Of a stretch of DNA of 64,000 nt, positions 36,171 through 45,843 are shown in pieces. Within the stretch, counting starts at the first letter, position 1. Each line of letters starts with the position of its first letter. The stretch is from Smithellaceae bacterium (GTDB lineage Bacteria > Desulfobacterota > Syntrophia > Syntrophales > Smithellaceae): assembly GCA_963667845.2 (NCBI GenBank), contig CAXXVL010000002.1, positions 2,848,001-2,912,000 on the forward strand, read 5' to 3'. A program made the position numbers and the translations under genes. Under the pieces are notes generated by a model. It had not been told where the DNA came from. It did no database searches and worked only from the letters and a program-made list of their open reading frames with translations.

Positions 36171-37415
36171 TTATTTTTTAAATTTTAAAACTTTTTCTGA
36201 TTTATGCGCCGCTGCCTTAATTATCTTTCCAAAGCCTCTGGTTGCCTCTTGTAAAGCGCCGTTTGATAGATGGCTGTATCTCTCTGTCAATACAATACTG
36301 CCATGTCCAAGGAGTTCTTTGAGAACATATAAATCGGTTCCGCCTTCAGCGTGCCAGGAAGCCATTGTATGCCGTAGCGTATGAAAGCAAACACGCTGCC
36401 TGGAATCGCTTACATTCTCATTAAATTTTAATTCCGTGATAATATCCCGAAAGAGGGTAGGGATTTCATTATAAGATTTGCCTGTCTTTTGAAGAAAAAC
36501 AAGATCGTCATTTTTCCCGCGCTTCATGCCATTAAACATATTTTTGATTTGCGATGTCATAAATGCAGCCCGCCCATGCCCGGATTTCGCGTCAAGAATG
36601 GTTATGATGCCGCGTTCGGTATCAATACAACCCCAAGTCAGTTTGAATATCTCTGAAGCTCTCATGCCGGTATGCAATGAAAGCGAAGCCATTTTATAAA
36701 TTGATTCGTTTTTTTCTTTTAGCTTTGCAAATAATAAGTCGGCTTCGGCATGGCTTAAAAATCTTTGACGCCTATTATCGAATTTTGGAATCTTAACATT
36801 CTTGGTCGGTGAATCGCCGGAAACGATTTTTCCGCGTTGTGCTTTATTCCATATCTGGCGAAGCGTGGCCATTACATATTGGGCGGTTCGTGGTGTTTTG
36901 CCAGCGTCCAAGAGTTTCTTGACTATTCGCCGGGCATCAAATTCAGACAAGTCTTTTAAAGGTTTATGACCGGCAATGGGGGCAATCCAAAGTCGAAAAT
37001 GTGTTTCTTCGTGGACGTAGGATGAATATTTTTTATTTATCTTTGCATCTGGATAATATGTATTTTCAAAATATTGTTTAAGAGTGATTTTTTCTTTTTG
37101 AATGTGTTCTTCCTCTATTTTTGCAGCCTCTTTCCGCTTATCCTCAAGATTCCTGCGCTCAGATAGGCGTGAAGGTCCTTGTATTAATCCTTTTGCAGCC
37201 TCTTTCAGTTCTGCCAAGACGAGGGCAGTCTTTTCTGCTGTCCAGTGTTTCTGATCGTTCGGGTCCATCTCACTTGCCCATCCCAAGCCTTCTTCGATCC
37301 GTTTACCGTTTTGCTGATAGCGTATGGAAAAATATCGGTCTTTTTTCACGCCATGTTTTCGGATATCATGTTCACGATATCGGACGCCCTTATATTTGGT
37401 GCTAATCCATTTCAT
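36171..37415 (-). CDS. Tyrosine recombinase / phage-type integrase
   Basis: TGMRASE (R), DAKSG (K), FHTLRH (HxxR), LLGH, TERYSH (Y); N-terminal arm-binding-like region; start set at ATG 37415. Confidence 0.95.
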   Translation of the reverse strand: MKWISTKYKGVRYREHDIRKHGVKKDRYFSIRYQQNGKRIEEGLGWASEMDPNDQKHWTAEKTALVLAELKEAAKGLIQGPSRLSERRNLEDKRKEAAKIEEEHIQKEKITLKQYFENTYYPDAKINKKYSSYVHEETHFRLWIAPIAGHKPLKDLSEFDARRIVKKLLDAGKTPRTAQYVMATLRQIWNKAQRGKIVSGDSPTKNVKIPKFDNRRQRFLSHAEADLLFAKLKEKNESIYKMASLSLHTGMRASEIFKLTWGCIDTERGIITILDAKSGHGRAAFMTSQIKNMFNGMKRGKNDDLVFLQKTGKSYNEIPTLFRDIITELKFNENVSDSRQRVCFHTLRHTMASWHAEGGTDLYVLKELLGHGSIVLTERYSHLSNGALQEATRGFGKIIKAAAHKSEKVLKFKK

Positions 37416-37437
37416 TTTGCTTTCCCTTTCTGAAAAG

Positions 37438-37458
37438 TTGTCCCCACTCTGTCCCCAC
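37438..37458 (+). repeat. Putative integrase arm-type site, right end
   Basis: Identical to 7890-7910. Confidence 0.8.
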
Positions 37459-37574
37459 AATACGCCTGAAATAGGATGTTTCACAATCCTTCCCTGTGAA
37501 GGTAATATAGATGTAAGTTATCTATATGTCAAGATATATATGGTTATTAATGAAATATCGTGAAAGTTATAATT

Positions 37575-37635
37575 AGGGACTTAAAATCCCTCGTTGTTTG
37601 ACAACGTGTCGGTTCGATTCCGACCCCAGGTACCA
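37575..37635 (+). repeat. attR core (duplicated 3' 61 bp of tRNA-Leu)
   Basis: Exact copy of 7761-7821 from the anticodon stem to CCA. Confidence 0.95.
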
Positions 37636-37640
37636 AGTAA

Positions 37641-37680
37641 AATAAGAAGGTTAGGCGTTCATTGCCTGACCTTTTTTATT
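37641..37680 (+). terminator. Intrinsic terminator after the tRNA fragment
   Basis: AAGGTTAGGC/GCCTGACCTT hairpin plus T tract. Confidence 0.75.
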
Positions 37681-37988
37681 TTCGAAATTGGCAACTGTGC
37701 CTGGATTTGTGCCCATTTGTCCTGAAAGCAAGTTCGTTGTTTTTGTGAGGCGAACGGATTTTCATGATGTGCATGATGACCTTGCGCCAGTACCGTTACC
37801 GATCCATGAAAAAGCCACCGGTGAACAGAGTATTCGGCGAAACTGAATAGAAACATGCCGAGGAGCATGGCTAAAGGAACTGGAATGAATCCCAATTCAT
37901 GATTACGTAAACCTGTCACAATCAGAATTATACCCAATGGAATATCAATAGCGAAGTCACTCCAGTAGTTCAGCGAAGTCTTTGACAT
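37659..37988 (-). pseudogene. Truncated sterol desaturase/fatty-acid hydroxylase
   Basis: EYSVHRWLFHG and HHAHH His boxes; the C-terminal His boxes are absent. Confidence 0.7.
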
Positions 37989-38207
37989 CCCTAATGCGCC
38001 ATTTAGTATACCATCAAAACAGATGATTGATAATGTTTTCCATCATGGTCTATTTCTCTAAGAAGACACGGGGGCGTCCAAAGGGTAGACTCATCTCACA
38101 GGCAGGGGAAAGACCATGAGTCCGGAAACATTGCCTTTGCCAAAATTACTTCTCTATAAGAGGGCAGGAATGCCTGTCACGCTGTATATAGGATAATGAT
38201 ATTTTAT

Positions 38208-38387
38208 CTACTGAAGATCTGAACCGGATTTATTCTTGCTAATCTCATAATTGGCAATCCTGATAGCTTTCGCTTCGTCACCTGTGTCACGCAATATCGC
38301 ATTTGCGATCTTTGCCGCCTTCCTTGCCTGTTCTATAGTCAACTTCTTATTATGTTTGCTTCTGAAACTTTCAGCAGTCCACGGCAT
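38208..38387 (-). CDS. Small hypothetical protein (59 aa, below ORF-track cutoff)
   Basis: MPWTAESFRSKHNKKLTIEQARKAAKIANAILRDTGDEAKAIRIAN... Confidence 0.6.
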   Translation of the reverse strand: MPWTAESFRSKHNKKLTIEQARKAAKIANAILRDTGDEAKAIRIANYEISKNKSGSDLQ

Positions 38388-38708
38388 AAATCCAAATTCT
38401 TTCTTGTTGTGCCTGAGATAAATTAAAAGTTAGCTATTTTCACTGCCGCAAATTCATGACAGCAGGAATATTATATACTATCCCAAAATGAAGAACGAGG
38501 GATTCCCTCATATTTCCTGATCATCTGCCTCACAGATTAGGATTAATTGCCGAATTTGAAAATCCTCTCACGCCCGCGAATTCATAACGCCACTTATAAT
38601 AAACTTAGCATACGTGATAATAAAAGGTAATAAGTGTTAAACCAATGGACAATGGTAGGTTTAACCTACGGGTCCCCGCTTTTCTCGAATTTTGACAATC
38701 AGGAGCAT

Positions 38709-38738
38709 AAAAAAACCCGCTAAGCGATAGCGGGTTTT
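38709..38738 (-). terminator. Intrinsic terminator
   Basis: AAAACCCGCTA/TAGCGGGTTTT, downstream of the 38849-40285 gene. Confidence 0.75.
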
Positions 38739-38848
38739 CTTTGTTATCAGCCGGAAGAATCGTCCAGGCATAATTCTTCGTCCTCAGGGCGACTTATCTA
38801 TCCGTCACTCCTTCAATACTATGGTATCCCGACATCTCACGGTCGGAT

Positions 38849-40285
38849 CTAGGTGAGAATGCCCGCTTTGCGCTTGGCCTTCTCCTCGTAGCGGGCAAGC
38901 GGCGACTCAGCCAGGATCATCATCTTCTGGGCTTCCATCGATCCTTCGGCATGTACTGTGGTCACTTCATGGAATGCGGCTTCATGTGAACAAACCTGGC
39001 GCATTGTCTCGTGGATCATCTTCATCCGGTCGAGGGTGCTGTATTTGTCGGAACCGCCCAGATAGTGTTCCAGGTATTCATGAATGTCCGGATTGTCCCA
39101 ATCCTTCTTATCCGGGGCCGTGGCAATGATCCCGCCCGAGATATCCTGGATCAACTCGACGAATGCATGATATTTGCTGGCAAAGTGCAGCTTGGCCATA
39201 TTGGCGATGAGTGGATTGGGTACGGCGATGTCGCCGTACATGACCGGTTCGGAGGCCGCCGCATTAGCCAGTGCCCGCAGTGTTTCGACGTAGGCCGCGA
39301 TATCGGCCAGTTTATTGCGGATGTGGCCGACTTTCTCCAGACCGTTGTATTTGGCCATGGCCACGGCGCAGCCGGCCATGACCTCAACGGAAGGCACCTT
39401 ATAGCTGATCGCGGTAAAACGGTGGAAGGTGGCAAACGTGTAAGCGAGCAGCATCGAATATTGCCACTCCCCGCACATGAATACGCGGTCCCTGGGGACA
39501 AAGACATTGTCAAAAACGATTATGGCCTCTGTCAATTCGCGGACGGGAACATCCGCGTGGAATTCATGGTCCGACCACGGGCCTCTTCCGTTTCGGCAGA
39601 TAAAGGTCACGCCTTTGGTGTTGGCCGGAATGGCGAAGCTCACCGCGTAGTCCGCTTCGTTTTCCCGCATCTGCCTGGTGGGAACGACGATGATTTCATT
39701 GACTGCGGGTGCGCTGGTGATATGAATCTTGGCCCCTTTCACGAAGATTCCCTCTTTGTTTTTATCTACGACATGGACATAGTAGTCGGGATGTTTTTGC
39801 CGGGCCGGTTCTTTCCCCCGGTCGCCTTTCACGCAGGTCACGGCGCCGCAGGTATGCAAGTCTTTCTTGCGTAGATGTTCCAGAAAATTCGTTGCGTTTT
39901 CCTGATACTGCTTCTTGCCCATTTTGCCCGCGACGACGAACGCGGCATTGAGGCAATCCGTGCCGATGTCCCGGCCGAAGGGCAGGCCACCGGTAAGTTC
40001 CATGGATCGCTGGATCATCTTCGTCCGGTTAGCCAGGTCTTCGCGGTTGTGGGGGGTAATAAAAAAACGACTGATCGGTTCGCCCGTTTCCGGGTGGGGG
40101 GCGACAAACAGGTTGCGGATTTCCGGATCCTTAGATGCGGAAAGTTCATAAGCCGCGCCGATCGTGTCGCAGGTGATGCCCAGAACTTTATGCTTGGTGA
40201 CATCATCCACTTTTTCTCCACCGATGTAAACGCGTCTTCCATCGCGCAGAGAGGCCTTGTACTCTTCAACGGTTCGAATTGCCAT
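38849..40285 (-). CDS. HpaB / 4-hydroxybutyryl-CoA dehydratase family flavoprotein
   Basis: T.EEYKASLRD, KGDR, GAKIHIT, FDNVFVP..RVFMCGE, VHAEGS motifs. Confidence 0.85.
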   Translation of the reverse strand: MAIRTVEEYKASLRDGRRVYIGGEKVDDVTKHKVLGITCDTIGAAYELSASKDPEIRNLFVAPHPETGEPISRFFITPHNREDLANRTKMIQRSMELTGGLPFGRDIGTDCLNAAFVVAGKMGKKQYQENATNFLEHLRKKDLHTCGAVTCVKGDRGKEPARQKHPDYYVHVVDKNKEGIFVKGAKIHITSAPAVNEIIVVPTRQMRENEADYAVSFAIPANTKGVTFICRNGRGPWSDHEFHADVPVRELTEAIIVFDNVFVPRDRVFMCGEWQYSMLLAYTFATFHRFTAISYKVPSVEVMAGCAVAMAKYNGLEKVGHIRNKLADIAAYVETLRALANAAASEPVMYGDIAVPNPLIANMAKLHFASKYHAFVELIQDISGGIIATAPDKKDWDNPDIHEYLEHYLGGSDKYSTLDRMKMIHETMRQVCSHEAAFHEVTTVHAEGSMEAQKMMILAESPLARYEEKAKRKAGILT

Positions 40286-40713
40286 AATCCATCCTCCTCT
40301 ATTTGTCTATTTGTAGTGCAAAAAAATGAATTGCGCCCAACTCAGGATATTCATCTCAGCTCGGGAGCGGTCTTCTCGTCAATGACGCTCTCTCGATTAA
40401 CTTGTCTCCCCCGCAGGAATTGGAATTTAACTTACTGACGACAAAGCGGATGTCAACCGGTGCCGCTCGGTATTGAAATATGAATCACCTGCAATGGTTC
40501 CTGCCGGATTTGCGGTTCTTTGATCGGGTATATTTTATTATTGCAAAGTATTTCGAAAGTTGTAAAATGACGGCGACTTCCAAAAATATCGACGAAAAAT
40601 AGAATAAAACAATCCTTTTTGCACTTGAGCCAAAGCGTGAATTGCATGCAGTGTGATGGCGTGGATGATCGGGGCAGTACTCATACCAGTCAAAGGAAAT
40701 GGAGAGGGGAGAT

Positions 40714-41412
40714 ATGGCAGAAAATAAAATGAAGTCGATTAAAAACTGGCCATCCGCTGACCGTCCCAGAGAGAAGCTGCTCAAGAGCGGCGCCGGAGTA
40801 CTCAGCAATTCGGAATTGTTGGCCATTCTTTTGCGCACAGGGGTCCGGGGAACAAGCGCCATTGATCTCGCCCGCCAGATGATGGAGAAGTTCGGCACCT
40901 TCCGCAACATGAGCCATACAGATATGCGGGAGTGGACTGAATTCAAAGGTCTGGGACCCGCGAAAATCGCCCAGATCAAAGCGGCCCTGGAGATCGGGCG
41001 GCGCTTCCGCGAAGATGAAGTTCTGCAAGCCAAGCCCAAAATATCCTGTGCCGGGGATGTGATTAATATTGTCATGCCGCAGCTTCGCGACATGAAAACC
41101 GAAGTGTTCAAGGTGGTCTATCTTAACAGCAACAACCGTATCATTGAGATCAGCGACGCAGCCCGGGGAACGGTCAATCTCGCCATGCCCATTGTGCGGG
41201 AAATTATCCATGCCGCTCTGCAAAAATTTGCGGCATCCATCATCTGCGTCCACAATCACCCGAGCGCCAATGTTGCGCCCAGTCCGGAAGATAAAAAATT
41301 TACCGATGAGCTGCGAGCCGCGGGTAAACTCATGGGCGTCAAGCTGCTGGATCACCTGATTATCGGCGACGGCCGGCACTTCAGCTTCGCGGATGAAGGG
41401 ATGATGACCTGA
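40714..41412 (+). CDS. radC: RadC (JAB domain) protein
   Basis: RPREKL, ELLAILLRTG, HNHPS, LLDHLIIG. Confidence 0.93.
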   Translation: MAENKMKSIKNWPSADRPREKLLKSGAGVLSNSELLAILLRTGVRGTSAIDLARQMMEKFGTFRNMSHTDMREWTEFKGLGPAKIAQIKAALEIGRRFREDEVLQAKPKISCAGDVINIVMPQLRDMKTEVFKVVYLNSNNRIIEISDAARGTVNLAMPIVREIIHAALQKFAASIICVHNHPSANVAPSPEDKKFTDELRAAGKLMGVKLLDHLIIGDGRHFSFADEGMMT

Positions 41413-41603
41413 AATACGGGTTCAAAGGCGGAATGGTTAAAGAAGAAATTGCCGGATCTGAAAATTCTTACCGCTATGATCCGGGTGAACGACGCTTTCT
41501 TCAGAGACCCGAAGGGTGAAAGAGACCACAACCGGTCTGCAAATGTCACGACGAGGCAGAGTCGACGATGGACTGTCACTTCATCCGACGAACCTCTTTC
41601 AAC

Positions 41604-43922
41604 TCATTTTTCCCAAAGGTCAGCGATAATGCGACTTGTTTCTTCTGCTGCGAGACGGGGTGACAGCGCCGTGTCCGCTATCCCGGAGACCACACGAGTG
41701 ATATTGTGATCAATACCTGACCTGGTCCAGACACTTCCTGACGGGGCCGTAATATAGGCTGAAAACGTATGGTGCGTTGTTCCGGGGCGTTCGCCGATGA
41801 TGTGGATGATGGCTTTGTGTTCCATCGAGGCCGGCAATCTCCCAAACAGTGTTTCTCCAATGCGGTAACCGGCCCGGACCCGGCCGCCTTTAATCACCAG
41901 AATTTCAGGAACAACCGTTAAATTCTTCTTTTGCAGGTTTTCCTTAAGCGCGGAAAGATAGGGGGCCAGATGCCCTTTGTCCATGATGGCATTGGCATTG
42001 AGTCCATCCGAGACAACAATCTGCATTTGGCTTGATGGGCTTCGTTTCGCCCTGATCTCTTTGAGCATTTGTATTGAGGCGTCGTCCAGTTCTTCACCGG
42101 TCTGCGGGTGCAGGATGTAATCGGTCCGATCCTGAGAGCGCGTCTTCAGACGCACCACGTTCGGTATTTGGGCGATGAAGGCTGGAGCTAATTCGACCCA
42201 GATGGACTTCTTGGCGTCTGCGTAAAGGGTTCTAATTTCACGATCAAGCGCGGGCGCCATTTTCCAGGGTTTGCGGTCAAATCCTTCCGCCAGGTAGACA
42301 CCGCGATCTCGAACCTCCTTCATCTTTTGTCTTCCTTCCCGCAGGATTTCGGTTTTGGAGCGAGCGTCACCCTGGGCTCGCCGGTACTTGTACCACAGCC
42401 AGAGCGGTTCTCCGAAATGGGAAGTGGGTTTTCCCTTGGCGTTAATGACGCCCAGCCGCTGGAAAAATTTCCACATCGGATCATTGACCTTGAAGCCGAA
42501 TTTATCGCGCAGACGCACGTGGTCCTGGTAGGCGGTTGTCAGGTAGCCCAGCATGGGGTCGTTCTTGGTGGGCAGAGCCATCAGGTATGCCGGATTGGCC
42601 GGCATGATCTGATCCTGGCACCAGTCCAGATCGTCGAGGGTGACGTCCATATGCAGAGTAGAACAGATATCCAGGCCGATGGTGAGGCCGTGAAGTTTGC
42701 CCATCACGATATCTTCGAGACAGCAGCGCACAAGCTGTTCGCGGGTGCGAAAGACTTCCGGTCCGATGAATCCGGCCACGTCGTTTAAATGGACCCATGG
42801 GGCTGGGGAGCGGCCGGCCTTTTGTTGATCTTCAGCGATTTTCATTTTGAGCAGGCGGGCAAAACCATATTTGCGTGATTCATGGATGACCATGTCGGTT
42901 CTCTGGCCGCTGCCGTTGGTAAAATCCGCCCCCTGGCCGGTTTCAAAGTAAAACCCGTATTGCCCCGTCCTCTCTTCGGCGTAGGCCAGCATTTTATCCA
43001 AAGTGAGGTCAAATGTGGCATTGGCCTTGTCGCTGCCGGCCAGACTTTGAAACCAGACCCCCGTAGTGTCGGGCTGCTTTTTTTCGACGTCCGCCTGAAT
43101 GTCGATATGGGCCAGAACACAGTGGGGAATGATGTCTTCAATTTGAAAAGTCCTGCGCAGATCGGAAAGCGCCCTCTCCAGCGCGGCAACGGATTGCGGA
43201 TCGCTGCTTACCGGATTGACTCCCAGAACGACGTCGCCGGTTGCATAAGACCAGCCGGAAAAGATCTGCCAGATGACGTCGTCGGGGTGATCGGTCGGAG
43301 AATTAGGCTGAATGCGGGCTCCCATGTATCCCCGGGCGCCGATGCAGGTGCCGGCAAGAGGATTGAATATTTTGTGTCCGACAGCGATCAATTCTTCATT
43401 GGACATGATTTTGACCACGCAGCCGATGACGTCGCTGCACAAACCGTTCAGGAGGGGTTGAATGTCGGATTCGTTCCTGGTCAGCAAAAAATCCTTAAAT
43501 TCTCCGATTGTCATAGAGCCGGTCTTTTTTACCAAATCAGAAGAGAGATTTTCCACCAGGCAGGAATATAATTTATCTTCGAACAGCGGATGCTTCAAGA
43601 TATCGCCGATGCGAGTGTTGGACAAAAGACGACGGGCTTTTTTCCGGACGGCTTCGTCGGTTGCGGCGACACCCAAAATCTGATCGCCTTCCTTGAAGGC
43701 ATTGGCGGCACCGACGAGCTGCTGATAAGTCGTGCGGTCGAATTTTCCGAGGGTGCGGTCCATAAACGCAAAGAGATCTTCCCGGGGTTTTGTTTCCAGG
43801 ATCTGCGCCCGTAACAGCGGTGGAAGCAATCCTGAACCGACCAGCGATCCCGCCAGAACACAACAAAATTCTCTTCTGCTCATATGCCTATTGCTCCTGT
43901 TGGTCGTATCACTTTCCTTCAT
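41604..43922 (-). CDS. eutB: Ethanolamine ammonia-lyase-like EutB-EutC fusion with twin-arginine signal
   Basis: SRREF plus hydrophobic stretch; RIQPNSPTD, YFETGQG, EDIVMGKLHG (EutB); SDGL, IGERPG (EutC) in one 772-aa ORF. Confidence 0.85.
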   Translation of the reverse strand: MKESDTTNRSNRHMSRREFCCVLAGSLVGSGLLPPLLRAQILETKPREDLFAFMDRTLGKFDRTTYQQLVGAANAFKEGDQILGVAATDEAVRKKARRLLSNTRIGDILKHPLFEDKLYSCLVENLSSDLVKKTGSMTIGEFKDFLLTRNESDIQPLLNGLCSDVIGCVVKIMSNEELIAVGHKIFNPLAGTCIGARGYMGARIQPNSPTDHPDDVIWQIFSGWSYATGDVVLGVNPVSSDPQSVAALERALSDLRRTFQIEDIIPHCVLAHIDIQADVEKKQPDTTGVWFQSLAGSDKANATFDLTLDKMLAYAEERTGQYGFYFETGQGADFTNGSGQRTDMVIHESRKYGFARLLKMKIAEDQQKAGRSPAPWVHLNDVAGFIGPEVFRTREQLVRCCLEDIVMGKLHGLTIGLDICSTLHMDVTLDDLDWCQDQIMPANPAYLMALPTKNDPMLGYLTTAYQDHVRLRDKFGFKVNDPMWKFFQRLGVINAKGKPTSHFGEPLWLWYKYRRAQGDARSKTEILREGRQKMKEVRDRGVYLAEGFDRKPWKMAPALDREIRTLYADAKKSIWVELAPAFIAQIPNVVRLKTRSQDRTDYILHPQTGEELDDASIQMLKEIRAKRSPSSQMQIVVSDGLNANAIMDKGHLAPYLSALKENLQKKNLTVVPEILVIKGGRVRAGYRIGETLFGRLPASMEHKAIIHIIGERPGTTHHTFSAYITAPSGSVWTRSGIDHNITRVVSGIADTALSPRLAAEETSRIIADLWEK

Positions 43923-44130
43923 TTAGTCTGCCTCGTCGCCCTGATTACTCCTCTTTGCCCGGAAGATGGATGGTATCTGATGCATTTAACATTTATGATA
44001 CCAATGAGCAGGGGATGAAAGCAAGCTGTATTAAATCGGCGCATCCGTCTCATGACCGGCCACGACTGCCTGCCGCCGGTTGACGGATCGGGGAAAGTAT
44101 GTCACATTGTTCGCAACAAATAAGGGAAAC

Positions 44131-45843
44131 ATGATGGCGAAAAAACCGGCTAATTTGCTGTATGGTGTGGACGACAGACCGCCTGTCCGCGTCTGTTTAC
44201 TTCTGGCTGTTCAGCATATCTTTTTTTTGACGACCGGCCTGATTGTTGTGACCATTGTCATGCAAGGAATCGGCTGTTCCCCGGATTTGATCCGCAACAT
44301 CGTATCCATGGCGATGATCGCCGGAGGGATCGGCACGATGCTGCAGGCTCTGAAAAAAGGACCGGTGGGCAGCGGCTATTTCATTTCGGAAGGAACAGAC
44401 CCCAGTTATCTTTCCGTGTCCATGCTGGCGGGCGCTGCCGGGGGGGTGTCTCTGATCTTCGGAATGACAATCGTTGCTGGTGTAACGGAATGCCTGTTAT
44501 CTCGGATTATGCATCGCCTGCGGATTATTTTCCCTCCGGAGGTAACGGGTGTAGTCCTCGTGATGGTGGGACTGAATATTGTTCCCATCATGATCCTTGA
44601 TTTCTTCGGCGTCAGCAGTCAGAACAATGTCATTAACCCGGTCCACGTCGCCGTCGCGGTGTTCACTCTGGCTGTTATGGTGGGAACCAATGTCTGGAGC
44701 AAAGGGAAATTGCGGCTCTACTCCGTGATTATCGGAATAGCGATGGGGTATTTCCTCGCCACCCTCCTGGGAGTTCTAACCAGGGAAGACATGATGCACA
44801 TTGTGAATGCCCCGCTTTTCTCCGTTCCAGATCCGTCTTACCTCAGCTATTCTTTCGATGCCGCTCTTCTCCTTCCATTCATCATTGTGGAGCTGTCATC
44901 CACGCTTAAATCCGTGGCAGCACTGACCATGTGCCAGAAGATTAACGATGCGGAATGGAAACGGCCGGATCTGATGAATATCGGTAAGGGAACCCTGGCG
45001 GACGGGCTGTCCTCAATTATCGGCGGTCTGTCGGGCGCCATGGGAAAGTCCGTTTATGCCGCCAGCGTGGGGCTTTGCGTGGCCACAGGAGCGACGAGCC
45101 GGATCATTGCCTTCTACGTAGGATGTATTTATATTGCCATGGCTTTTCTTCCCAAACTGACTTCCTTTTTCAGCATCATGCCCAAGCCGGTAATGGGCGC
45201 GGCCATGGTGTTCATGGTCTGTTTCATGGTCATCTCAGGTGTGCAGATGATGACATCGCGGATGATTGATATTCGCCGGACCTTCGTGATTGCTGTTTCT
45301 ATGGTTTTTGGTTTGAGCGTCGACATTTTCCCCCAGCTTTATCAGAATTTCCATCCTTGGCTGAAACCCCTGTTCAGTTCTTCACTGGCCGTAACGACGG
45401 TCCTGGCCGTGGTCCTGAATCTGATCATGCGCATCGGCATTGCCCGCGAGGAGAGCCTGGAGCTGGTACCCGGAACGGACGTTTCCAAAGCAATTTTCGA
45501 GTTTATGGAAAATCAGGGGGCGGCCTGGGGCGCAAGGAAGGATGTGATTTACAATGCCATGGCGGCAATGAATGAATTCATGGAGGCTATGGCCCATTTC
45601 GACCTGCCCGGAAAGAATGTCATCCTCAAAGTCAGTTTCGACGAATACAGCCTCGACGTGCATGCCCGGTATGAAGGACCGGTGATGGAATTTCCGGCCG
45701 AGCGGCCCGGTAAAGCGGAGTTGCGTACCGATCCGGACGCTGTGGTTCGTTTGGCCGGATATCTCATTAGACAATATGCGGATAAAGTTACTGTGACACA
45801 GGAAGATAAACATTGCCTAGTCCATCTCCATTTCAATCATTGA
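44131..45843 (+). CDS. NCS2 (xanthine/uracil permease) family transporter with C-terminal HATPase-like extension
   Basis: LLYGVDDRPP, QH, FPPEVTG, TGATSR, P.PVMG; ~130 aa soluble tail. Confidence 0.8.
   Translation: MMAKKPANLLYGVDDRPPVRVCLLLAVQHIFFLTTGLIVVTIVMQGIGCSPDLIRNIVSMAMIAGGIGTMLQALKKGPVGSGYFISEGTDPSYLSVSMLAGAAGGVSLIFGMTIVAGVTECLLSRIMHRLRIIFPPEVTGVVLVMVGLNIVPIMILDFFGVSSQNNVINPVHVAVAVFTLAVMVGTNVWSKGKLRLYSVIIGIAMGYFLATLLGVLTREDMMHIVNAPLFSVPDPSYLSYSFDAALLLPFIIVELSSTLKSVAALTMCQKINDAEWKRPDLMNIGKGTLADGLSSIIGGLSGAMGKSVYAASVGLCVATGATSRIIAFYVGCIYIAMAFLPKLTSFFSIMPKPVMGAAMVFMVCFMVISGVQMMTSRMIDIRRTFVIAVSMVFGLSVDIFPQLYQNFHPWLKPLFSSSLAVTTVLAVVLNLIMRIGIAREESLELVPGTDVSKAIFEFMENQGAAWGARKDVIYNAMAAMNEFMEAMAHFDLPGKNVILKVSFDEYSLDVHARYEGPVMEFPAERPGKAELRTDPDAVVRLAGYLIRQYADKVTVTQEDKHCLVHLHFNH

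Larger units (their letters stand above)
7822..37635. mobile_element. tRNA-Leu-integrated genomic island / integrative element (~29.8 kb)
   Basis: 61-bp direct repeat at both ends, intact tyrosine integrase at the right end, paired arm-type sites, visibly AT-richer than flanks, accessory cargo. Confidence 0.93.

Noticed and set aside
36171..37415. Island integrase as the integron integrase IntI
   Set aside because: No IntI-specific insertion is visible before the HxxR box; it has an N-terminal arm-binding-like region and is tied to the tRNA att sites.
37575..37635. Second tRNA-Leu gene
   Set aside because: Lacks the 5' acceptor strand and D-arm; it is the att duplication.
7822..37635. Island as a prophage or self-transmissible ICE
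   Set aside because: No capsid, terminase, tail, lysis, relaxase or T4SS genes were recognised.
40714..41412. radC as a marker of another mobile element
   Set aside because: Full-length chromosomal-type RadC outside the att boundaries, with no mobility genes nearby.
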